Below are positions 39,046-49,899 of a stretch of 64,000 nt of DNA, piece by piece. This stretch comes from Botryllus schlosseri (Eukaryota). Below the pieces are notes generated by a model that did not search any database, was not told the DNA's origin, and saw only the letters and a program-made list of their open reading frames with translations. The position numbers and the translations under genes were made by a program. The stretch covers positions 4,218,001 to 4,282,000 of the forward strand of contig CM119373.1 of assembly GCA_051294905.1 (NCBI GenBank), given 5' to 3'. How positions within the stretch are numbered: position 1 is the stretch's first letter; each line of letters begins with the position of its first letter.

Positions 39046-39720
39046 ATATAGGCTATCACTTCATTGAAATGTAGGGTTGGAATTAGCAATATGACGTCAT
39101 GACGTGACGTCATGAGGTTCACGTTCGTGTTCACACAGAACCTTTCAAAAAGGTTCGCGTTCACACGAACCTAAACCTTTCAGATGCTCACACCATCCAT
39201 AATGCATACCCTGTGGGGGTCTAAGACCAGCGTTGCCGTGGTAGGCGCTGACAAAGTAGTATCGGTTACAGGAAAATGATTCAACCATCACGTTGTCTTA
39301 TGATTTTCGAAGTAAATTTATAGTATCGTTGGAGATGCAGTCAGGGGAAGCTCTGGGGCCGGATTTCTGTGCAGAAAACAGTAGCAGTCGGTGCGTTTGA
39401 GATTTCGGAGGTGGGAGTTTCTTTGGGAACAGCAAATCAATAAACAACCGGGTTAGGCATATCACTTTTTGTGATAAGTAGTCCCAGAGCAAAATAGGGT
39501 GGAATGGAAAAAATTCGCAGATGGTTGTTAGGAATGAATTTGAAGTCAGCAAAAAGAAAACCAAAGTGCTTATTATTTTCGGTGTATATATGAAAGGGTT
39601 GGACGAAAAGTGAATCGGAGTTATTCGAATCTGCAACGTGTGTTGATCGCGATGCTCCCAGCCAAGTATAATATCGAAACATAGAACAGTGCGATATTTC
39701 GTTATTGTAATTAAACATAC

Positions 39721-39794
39721 CGTCCACTCGGGCTCGATTGATGCAGTGGGAGTGGTGTCGGTAGTCACACAATTCAGTTGACATGCCGCTAAAG
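39721..39794 (-). CDS. FReD gene exon 2 (ALAACQLNCVTTDTTPTASIEPEWT)
   Basis: Acceptor ttctctatttcag, donor gtatgt, 74 bp, phase 1 to phase 0; ends at the typical FReD WT|VFQRR intron position. Confidence 0.85.
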
Positions 39795-39894
39795 CTGAAA
39801 TAGAGAACGTCATTATAACGATATACGTCGATATCAAATATCTAAACATTGCCGTTAGAACGTGAATTTTTTAAAATTCCACCGACGGTAGCGA

Positions 39895-40145
39895 TACTCA
39901 GATATAACACCCATACAAGGAGTCCTATGGTGAAATCTATATTCGATGTCTATATAGGTAATTCCGAATTGCATAGAGTTATATTCAACAATATATTTTC
40001 AATATTTAATGATGTTTCTAATAAAGGACATCAAATATTGAAAATATATTGTTGAATATAGCTCTATGCAATTCGAAATTACCTGTATAGACATCGAATA
40101 TAGATTTCACCATAGGACTCCTTGTATGGGTGTTATATCTGAGTA
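39895..40145. mobile_element. ~250-bp foldback (hairpin) MITE flanked by TA
   Basis: tactcagatataacacccatacaaggagtcctatggtgaaatc... is reverse-complemented at ...gatttcaccataggactccttgtatgggtgttatatctgagta; arms ~115-120 bp with few mismatches. Confidence 0.85.
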
Positions 40146-40261
40146 ATCGGTTCTTGCCCATATTTTGGTATATCGCTCATTCTAGTCCGTGACGCACCTG
40201 GCCTTACAGGCGAAAAGCGTCACTCATCTTTTCATCAATAATAATAATAATAATAATAATA

Positions 40262-41928
40262 ACCATAACAGAATTGAATGCCGAAGATCACTATAAATAT
40301 CTAGGGATCTGTGAAAGCGACAACATTAAACATGCTGCAATGAAATCAAGTCTAAAAAAAGAATACATCAGCAGGCTCAAGTCAATTCTCAAAACTGAAC
40401 TCAATTCCAAAAACAAAATCAATGCCATAAACAGTCTTGCAGTGCCTGTCTTGAGATATAGCTTTGGTGTGGTGAACTGGCGCAAAGATGAAATTAAAAA
40501 ATTGGACACAAAGACGAGAAAACTGATGACAATGCACCACATGCATCACCCAAAATCTGATACACAAAGACTGTACATCCCCAGAAAAAAAGGTGGTCGA
40601 GGACTACAAGAAATTGAACAAACCTTCAAAACAGAAATCATCGGCTTGTCACAGTACATCAACAACAGCGATAACATTTACTGCAAACTCATTGCACAGG
40701 AAGACAAACAGCGCAAAACAAAATCTCTGAGCTATCGTCACGACAAGTACGCCAGAGAAGTCAACTTGGAAACAGCTAACCTGTACACTGCAGAAAACAC
40801 TGTTGCTAAACCCACAACAATAGCAAAAGCAGCACGAGTCCGATACAAAAATGCAACGCTGAAAATGAGAGAAACGATATGGGAGTCGATGCCTCTTCAT
40901 GGACAGCACAAGAAGTTAACTTCACAGCCCCATGTAGACGAGCTTTCATGGACCTGGCTATCCAGCTCTGGCCTGAAACCGGCAAGCGAAGGATTCATTT
41001 TCGCAGCACAAGACCAATCGCTTCCTACAAAATACTATCGCAAAAGAATTCTGAAGCAAAACACGGACGGCAAATGCAGAATGTGCCACAACCAAAATAA
41101 AACTGTAGCACATCTCATGTCCGGCTGTGGTGCACTTGCAGCTACCGAATACACATGGAGACACAATAGGATTGGTCAATACATTCATCTTGAATTATGC
41201 AAACATTTTAACATCACCACTTCGACAAAAAATTGGTACGATTACAGCCCAGCACCAGTGACAGAAAACGAACAAGTAAAAATTCTGTGGGATGTACCAG
41301 TTATAACTGACCGCGAAATCAGGAGCAACCGCCCGGATATAATCGTCAAACTAAAAAAGAAAAGAGAATGCTTATTCATTGAACTGGCTGTCCCAGCTGA
41401 TCACAACCTACTGCAAAAAGAATCAGAAAAATACTCCAAATACGCAGACCTCAAAATGGAATGTGAGAAAATGTGGCGATGCAAAATAAACATTGTACCG
41501 ATAGTCATTGGTGCTACAGGGGTCGTGAGCAAAAAACTCATGAGACATATCCAACAAATTCCGGGTAACGTTCGATTCGACATGATCCAAAAGATCACAT
41601 TATTGGGCACTGTGCACATTCTTCGGAAGGCCTTGAATGCACCACTGGACTAAAATTACGCTTGTGAATCACAGCATAATTTCTGTAATTTCGATTCTTC
41701 ATCTTCAATCATCTCTACCTCTGCTCTGTAACCCTTGCCAATTCTTCATCTGCTGCAATTCTGTAATCTGACTTCTCCGTGTATTGCATAGGAATAACAA
41801 TTTGGATGTATTACTGAAATTTTAAAAATTTACTCCAATCTCGCCATTTTCCTTTGGGGGCAGGTTGCTCCCCGGATTATGTGTGTATCTACCAGTTTTA
41901 CTGTGAATAAAGAATATAATAATAATAA
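40262..41928 (+). mobile_element. 5'-truncated site-specific non-LTR retrotransposon (R4/Dong-like, RLE class) inserted in a (TAA)n microsatellite
   Basis: An (aat)n tract at ~40237-40261 abuts the truncated ORF; ~260-bp 3' UTR ending aataaagaatataataataataa. Confidence 0.9.
40274..41653 (+). CDS. C-terminal part of retrotransposon ORF: end of reverse transcriptase, zinc knuckle, restriction-like endonuclease
   Basis: YKYLG, RLYIPRKKGGRGL, AAQDQSL, CRMC...TVAHLMSGC, RHN, RPDII...FIELAVP motifs. No true ATG start (ORF begins at TTG); 459 uninterrupted codons. Confidence 0.93.
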   Translation: MNAEDHYKYLGICESDNIKHAAMKSSLKKEYISRLKSILKTELNSKNKINAINSLAVPVLRYSFGVVNWRKDEIKKLDTKTRKLMTMHHMHHPKSDTQRLYIPRKKGGRGLQEIEQTFKTEIIGLSQYINNSDNIYCKLIAQEDKQRKTKSLSYRHDKYAREVNLETANLYTAENTVAKPTTIAKAARVRYKNATLKMRETIWESMPLHGQHKKLTSQPHVDELSWTWLSSSGLKPASEGFIFAAQDQSLPTKYYRKRILKQNTDGKCRMCHNQNKTVAHLMSGCGALAATEYTWRHNRIGQYIHLELCKHFNITTSTKNWYDYSPAPVTENEQVKILWDVPVITDREIRSNRPDIIVKLKKKRECLFIELAVPADHNLLQKESEKYSKYADLKMECEKMWRCKINIVPIVIGATGVVSKKLMRHIQQIPGNVRFDMIQKITLLGTVHILRKALNAPLD

Positions 41929-42094
41929 AGGACATCACACGACTGCGGTCGGTGAACTTAGCAATGAAATAGAAACGGTCTGCTTCTGTTATATTGAATC
42001 ACCATCTGCATGATTCCAATTGCATGTTTACCGCATGACTAAATATACGATCACAACATCGGATCACGGACAATACACGTCGTATTGGCTAGAT

Positions 42095-43565
42095 CAGGGG
42101 TTCTCAACCCGCGGCCCGCAGACGGTTATTTTGCGGCCCACGACATCTTTCATTATAAACGCAATTCTAGTGGCACGATATTGTTACATATTATTTTATC
42201 TACTTAGCACTCTTATCGCACCGTCTCTGTCTCGTTTGATTACTGATTCCAGGGATATCTAGAAGTTCTAGAAATCCCTGACTGATTCTTTGATGTGTTC
42301 TGGTTTCTTGATATATGCTCGAGTGTAGATTGTTATTGTTTTGAATCGGTATTCGGCTGGACTCTGGTTCACGAGAATTCCGTTGTGTAGTACACTTTTA
42401 AAGACTGTTTCACTCACCGTGAACGGTTTGAACAGATACAAGAACAAGGAAGGGGAAATTAAACGGCGGGAACTGGGTTTGAAGGTCTGCGTTGAACAAT
42501 GAATTTGCTGTCTCAAATATAAATGGAAAACCGATGTGACATATTTGTCGAAGATCAGTTGTCGTAACGAAGTGTAGAAGCTCAAAATTATACCACGACA
42601 CTTTCTTCTGAAGTTATACGTATCGCCTGATGTTAGAAAAACATTGCTAGCAAGCCCACTAATCGATATTTCGAAGCATCGTTAAAATTGTCGACGATGT
42701 TACAGACGCATGTCTCAAAATTACTTGGAATATCGCTAAATCCATGAAATTTGCCATAGAAGGTGTCATTTCAATAAAACGTAAACATACTGTGCGAATA
42801 TTCGCTGCTTCCAGAACATAACAGCAAGGACAAAATCACCTGACAAATGTTGAAGCTACAGTTGTCTGATTGAACCGTGACGAGAAGAGTAACAGAACAG
42901 CAATGTCAGTCGGTCTTTCATCGCATGTTCTGAAATACGTTGCCGCGTAGACCACTTTCGCCTAACATCGGACGAATCCACTGACTCCACTGAGTGGAAA
43001 TGCTGGCAGGGCAAACGCGGATAGGGCCGAGCGAAAAACATCAACTTAACAAAGCTGACTCCTATCTGTACAACTACTGGTGCAGGGCTCCAGCCATGGA
43101 AGGAAAAGAGTAGGGTTGATTGATTTGTTCATAAATTACCCGAACGCCAGACTTCTTCTCATATCACTAAGAGCTCAAAGTGATAATGGTCTTTGTAACG
43201 AAAAAGTTACCGGAATTTTATACTTGCTTGCTCACGTATTGAAACAGGGAGTTAGGTTCTCTGGTGGGAGGGTTTAAAGGTGGATGTACCGACTTGGCAA
43301 CTAATGCAATGCACGCTCAATGACGGGTTATAGTTGCGCCGCTGGAAGATACATATTCTCACAAAAACAAAACAACTGAAAACTTACGAACACTGCTTTA
43401 GAATGCATAAAAATGTACTCAACGCCCGTATACGACTGGTAAATAGGCTACAGTAGCCTAAATTTAATAGTAGCCCACAAATACATGGAAATAATGTTCT
43501 GCGGCCCGCAACGTATTTTGCTGTTAAAATGCGGCCCGTTATACAAGGGAAGTTGAGAACCCCTG
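42095..43565 (+). mobile_element. Decayed hAT-Charlie element with transposase remnants
   Basis: TIRs caggggttctcaac / gttgagaacccctg; perfect TSD ggctagat. Plus-strand remnants NGKPM*HIC (~42520, zinc-finger region) and GAPAMEGK (~43085, catalytic Asp region). Confidence 0.85.
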
Positions 43566-44355
43566 GGCTAGATATTAGTACGGGGCGGATCGACAAATTC
43601 TCTGGAGAACTCCAATTCCGCTTCTTCAATTCTATGGTCCTACTTCGTTCCGCCGCCTAGCCCTGATTCCTGAAATGACCGGGATCCAATCCGAAAAAAA
43701 ACCTACGATAATAATCACTTACGAGTCACCTTTATACCCAGTAAAGTTCATAAACTTGCAGTAGATCATACATGACAGGTTGAGGTTATATTTTGATTTT
43801 TGCAACAAGAGAAACGTGACAAATAAAGGTTACAAGTTTGTATTGAAAACAGGCTATTGGTGGCTATACTGGCGTGTGGTTGGTAGGTACAATAGTCATA
43901 TTCATTAATAGCGGTTCTGACAGTATCAAAAAGTACGAATCTGGTTCCCATCCAACTCCGACCTTATCAAGAAAATATTAAGACGGCTCCGTTTCCATTC
44001 CCGCCAAAAATGTAAACAACGCACCGGATATTCAGTCCGGCTCCTGTCGATGTCACGTTGTACCATACTAATTGGCATACTTCACTTTTTCCTAATGGGC
44101 TGTAAGTTGCCTAATCACTATCTTCCAAATCATTTACTGCCGTAGGGGATATCCTGAATAGTGAATTTGCAATAGAGCAATATGTTAAACCAGCCAAGAG
44201 AAGATCATCAGGCGAATGAAACGAGTGTTATATGTTGACGGCAAATCTTTTTACCATATTTTCTCGCGGCACACCAATCTTTCCAATGTGTCGCGGTACC
44301 CCGGTTAAGAAGTGTAGGGGAACACTTTCAGCAGACTCTGGATATATCGACTTAC

Positions 44356-44551
44356 CGGTCTTGATTTCCACCTGCACAATACTCCGTATAGTCTCTTTTA
44401 ACGCCGCCGACCCATTGTGAACCACTGATTGAACGTAGCCATCAAGCGCTCCCATAAAGTGCAATTCTGCGCACGTTGCATTCCGACTGTCACATTGTTG
44501 TGCGGTGACATATGAAGCACATACGACAGTTATAATGACATAAAATGTCAT
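44356..44551 (-). CDS. FReD gene exon 1: signal peptide plus short helical region (MTFYVIITVVCASYVTA-QQCDSRNATC...VEIKT)
   Basis: ATG at 44551, hydrophobic N-terminus, donor G|gtaagt in phase 1 matching exon 2. The five exons sum to 756 nt = 251 aa plus stop. Confidence 0.78.
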
Positions 44552-46048
44552 CGTAACTATCTATATCTCAATACTTTCGGCTTTTCCTGAATGAATATTT
44601 AGTGAAGTCACATTCTTCCGGTCAAAAGTGTCAAAATACTGTTAAAACGAAAGCAGCGTATTTCGCTGATTCTACAATGGAGTTGGGTGCAAATCAGAGG
44701 AAAAACGTGCACGAGTACCAGCTTTCGGAGATAATTCGCACGACAGGTGAGACGCTGCCCAAGGTGGCCTACCATGACCGCATATCACAGGCCAGTAATG
44801 CATATATAGGAACGCATTTCTGATTTGCAAACTGCTCAGTGCTCACTTGACGAACATCTTCCATGATTTGAATCTAAATGTTGAAGATTACACATTTATA
44901 TTATTCGTCAGCAATTGGAGTAGGTTTAGATTTAATCTTGTTGAAGTGTAGGCTACGTTTATTGTATATTGCGACATATTGACGTGTTGTTGAAATATTT
45001 AAGTGCGTATTTGAGATCCGATCGAATCGATAACAGCAATTTGCATGTCGCTGATATTTTAAGAGGAACATTTTCTATGAACATGAACATTAATTCCCTG
45101 GTTCAGATGTCATTCGTAGGAGCTCAGTGGAAGTAATAATTTCAATCATGTTCCCATTTCCATGATTACATCATAATCGGTCGTTATATCGACATATTTC
45201 AGAAATGACACCATTTTATTCTGCAGATTCCCGGATACTTACTGTTCGCCTGAATTGTATTTCGTGTTTGAATTGCTGTTGCAATATTTAAGACCAGATA
45301 TGAAAGTTATTCGAGTTACTTGACTGGAAATTGTTCTTCACTGATATTTTCATCGTAAACTTACTACGAACATTAAGTCTCTGACTTGATATTATGTAAT
45401 GGGGGGAGGGGGGTTGGTATGCGGCACAATGATCTAATCCCCGCATCCACGATATCAGTTTGTGTGATCGGGGAATTTCGTTCCAATATGGTGGGGAATA
45501 AATATAACTGTGCTAGCGAAACAATTCTGGGCCAGCTTCACACAATTCTTTACGTGATTTCGGTGAATTGGATAATACAGAGAAGTGGAGAAAAAATTTT
45601 TATTATGCAAGCTTCGCGTATGTTTGTACGAATTTAAATTGCTTTGTCAGTACATCCATTTCAACATTCTTCAGTGCCTTTTCAAGAAATGCGTACACCA
45701 CTCGCGAGAGTACCCAGCTAGTTCTTTCACACCGGGATAATAACGTGAACGACGGAGTTTATTGTCAACTGTTATCATTTGGTTACTCAATCATCAACTC
45801 AATTCTTGGACGGTAGCATAACGTCCAGCTACAATTGATTGGGATTTGAGCGTGTAATTGGCAATATCACCTCCACAGAAGTTCATTTCTCGCTGTGCAA
45901 TCCAGGATTTCAAGCCATGCGATGTCGGATACAGCGAATTCGCGAGTATTGCTTACCGCCACCACAGCCACTTTGTTTTGTAAGCAGGCAAACCGGGCCT
46001 ACGTATCGAACTCGACTGATAAGATTGTTACGATGTAGAACTATAAAT

Positions 46049-46562
46049 CAGAGGCTCTTCAACCTTTTTCGCCGTGGTACACCATTGTATCGTTTACTCT
46101 AAACTCGTACACCGCTGTCCACATATTACACCGAGTCAGTAGTAAGTCTAATCCAAGAGTTTCAACCGTTTTGCTATACAGGTACGCAATGCGGTTACAT
46201 GTACCGCATACGATCGCATCCAAGCGTAGAGCTCTCCTGGCCCATCTGGACGATAAATATTAAACTCTGACGATAAATACTAAACTCTGACGTTCGCTGC
46301 GTCGGAGTCGCATTTTTTGTGGCATTTTAATCCTTTTCAGATAAAAAGAGAACAGATTCTCAAAAATTAGGACATTTATTTCAATTTATTGAAAAAAGAG
46401 GACAAATCCTTCTAATGGTAAACCTAATGGATGAGCCCGTACCCAACAGACATCGGCAGCATCTTCTTTAGGACAACTATTAAAACAGGTTGGGGAGGGG
46501 TGCGCCAGGCTACGAAAATCTATGACAGGGTGCGCTCGAAGAAAAAAGGTGGAGAACCATTG
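46049..46562. mobile_element. Degenerate hAT-type MITE
   Basis: cagaggctcttcaacctttt ... aaaaggtggagaaccattg termini; TSD degenerate. Confidence 0.55.
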
Positions 46563-49500
46563 ACATACATGATTCGAATAAAGTCATCGACTTGATTCTT
46601 TTTTCATTTTATCAGTATAGTGCGGAGCCTTAACTTTCAAAAATACGTGTTATTCTCGCGGCCCTGTACTGGTCTAACCAGTCAGGATCCTTGGTTCGCC
46701 ACTCACCGATGACTAGGCATTTTCAAACGTTTGGCGCGAAATGCTAACTCGTTTTCGAAAATCTTCCTGCAAGCTCATTTATGATTTATCACTAATATAC
46801 AGAATAATGAGCCTTTGCATCGCGGCATTTTGTAAATTTTGGTAACTGCACGCAACTCGCATTTTTAACAGCATATTTTAGTACGAAATTCGAAACTTTC
46901 TTCATGAGGATACTCTCTGTGCTCACGTCTTTTTGAGTCGACAAATTGTTAAGAATTTCTTTCAAGTGTTTTTTCTTCTACTTTGCTAATCCCGAAAAAT
47001 GTCGGGTTTGAGGAGGTGTAACCACGGACAAATTTCGATCCCAGGATTGAAAATTTGATCACGAAATGCCAACCCTAATCGATACCAAAGATGAGACCGC
47101 ATATCAGTTCTCCAAATTGAACTGTTACATACCATGTTGTTCGTTAATTAATATGAAGTTTGGAAGCCCCGAGTTTGACAATGCTGATTCTATCAGCACT
47201 AAATCTACCTCGCCGACAGAACGCTTTCTTAGAAGTTGAGGATTCAGCTTGCCTTTATATATACATAGTTCTCTTGTTTTTATCTGTATTACCTAGTTAT
47301 GAAATTGTTGCTAAGACGGTGGTATTACTCAGAGGTATGAAAGCAATCTCGACGGCAGCCAATATCGCGTGTTTGTGACCGTACATGGTTCGAATGTTCG
47401 CTAAAAAATCGTTGTTACTGCGTAACAACGTCGGGACATCGCTGAGTTCACGGAAAGAACAACCACGGATTAATTTCGTAATAATAACATATTACTTCAC
47501 TCAGTCGATGCCAAGTGTGTTGTTGTGAATCTGGAGTTGACCGCAGGCGAGTGTCACGCATAGAAATCACAGCAGCGCAGAGTGATTAAGCGAATACACT
47601 TTTTCTTTGAACCTAGATAATGATTTCAAATCAACATCTTTTATAACGGATGGTAATTTGGCGCACAGTTTACCACGAGCTAAAATTTGTGCGGACGAAC
47701 CAGCACGCATTTTATTTTCAACACCATCATCTTTTTGTACCATATTTATACGCCATCAATGGCAGGCGGGAGGACTTGATGGCATAACTATTACATACGT
47801 TCAGCGGAGGGTAAAATAATCAGCGTTTCAACCAAGCCCTGAACTACTGCTATCTCCGGCTAAGCAAATTTGCGTTATCACCATGGGCAGATGCATTGTG
47901 GGTACAGTGCCAAAGTGATTTAGTACAGGGGCTTATGGAAAAGCGGTCAGTGTTAAAATATATTGATTAGTATTGGGTCTGTAGTATTTTATACGAATAG
48001 AGCTTTTAATGGGTAATTATTCTAACATTCAGGATTTGTTTCAACCCAATATCTTGTGTGCGTATATTGTTATTCTGTGTATAGTTCGACATGTCGAAGA
48101 TAGTCCGTTCATGTTGTCTTGATGTCTTTGCCGTGTAATGGATGCAGTAAAAGGCGGAAAAAGATTCGCAGAGTCTAGTGTAAGAATAAGCAACAGCAAC
48201 GGCAGTAGTAATGAAGAGTTGATAGTAGAACGTTGATATCCCAGAAACTATAGTGAGCGTTGATATTACAAATTTTAGGCTCCCAACAAACGGCAAGCAA
48301 GAGCTGTTGGCTGTAGCAACAGTTCCTGATGGGAAACGCCATTGTACAGCACCAACATCTGAAGCAGTTCTACGTGACCGCTGTACTGTGCAGGTGCCTC
48401 TCCTCCAAATAATTATTCAACGGTTCCATCAGCAACGCCGTTGAGTGGAAAAGATTAAAAAGACAGCGCATACAGCCAGAATAAGGCATGCCATATGGAA
48501 ATAAAGATTAAAGATGAGGTCATCGCTTGTCTTGAACAGAATAATTTGATGGACGATTTGTCTGATGAGTTCATGTGAGAAAATTCAGTGGTTTACCGTA
48601 CCAAGTAACCTGCTGCACCGCCTAAAGCTATACAAACTGGTGGAAGTGGAATCACATCTGGAAGACCTTCGATAATTTGCAATGACGCTAGATGCCTTCC
48701 CCTTATGCCGTCATTGGTGGGAACGCCCCTACCCACGACGACAACCTTACCACGACGACGACGGCTTCAAAAAACTCAAAATCAACCCCACCTGAACTAA
48801 TAACTCCCTTTGGTAACAAAAAAAATCTACTCGCGTACCACCTGGAAGACCTTCCCGTACCACTAGTGGTACGTGTACCACAGGTTGGGAACCACTGCGC
48901 TAAAGCGTCTTTAAAAGAATCAATGGGTACTCATTTACCTTGTTGGGATCCAGTACAATGTACATTGCTGTAACCTTTACCGCTCTTCCAGTGATCACTA
49001 GGCAATCCTACAATTATTTATTTTGTCCCTCTCATTCAATCATATAAATATATCCTTTCATCAGTTATGCAGAAATTGACGTGAGGCTCAGCTGTGACCT
49101 ATGTACCGTATAATATATGCTACTCCATATAGGTGCACAAGTGCACATGGCTGACATATCCATACTTGCAAATTTGTTGCACTGCAAGAAAATTTTACTT
49201 ACAATAATATAGCTGGGATATATTCAAATATTCTGGTTCAATAGACAAAATGATCACAGGAATGGCATTCATATGAGTGCAGTAGTGCGGTTGCCATCTT
49301 ACACAATGATGAATCTTTTTCCTGTAGACGAGGTTCATAGCCACGTCAGAGCTGGCGGTTTTAGCATGCACAATTGCACATAACACCATTGTAGTGGTAA
49401 GATTTCGAATCTAGGCCAGGGTGATTCAGAGGCACTCTTTGGCAATGTCCTCATAAGGAGATGGTCACACATGCTTTTGCTTGCTGTAGATACAGTACCT

Positions 49501-49899
49501 GAAAGATAACAACTGAACTTTCTTCCAACACATAATGGTACCTGAAACTGAAAGTAGAAATCACATTTTCAATGTCATGGCACTTGCCTTACCTAGTTGT
49601 TGTGGAAAAACTAGAAGGCTCTTAATGCCCATAGGAGTTTCTGAGCATAACTTATGTTCATTTACGTCGATACGTGTGAAGCAATCTACCTCTGGAATAT
49701 ATTTACAAATGAATACATACGGTGACACATATAGACATCTTTATCCAGCCACAAACTATCGAAATCGATACCTCCATGGCAAAGAATAATCAAAATAGAC
49801 ACATTACCTAACCACTTTCGCCTTGATTAACGGCTTATCGAGTAGGCTAGCTATCAACTTGGCACAAATTTGGAGGACAATTATTCAGACAAATATCGC

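Larger units (their letters stand above)
36072..39201. mobile_element. Host hAT-type element (tagggat TIR) carrying multiple nested insertions, in FReD intron 2
   Basis: TIRs tagggatcgtgtga / tcacaccatccata; perfect TSD atgcatac; gaggttcacgttcg subterminal repeats at both ends. Confidence 0.85.

Noticed and set aside
39298..39720. Remainder of the 183-aa ORF 39298-39849
   Set aside because: Read-through into the intron after the gtatgt donor at 39720.
48160..49500. Possible transposase remnant near a MITE end at ~48897
   Set aside because: I could not identify diagnostic motifs or a matching left terminus.
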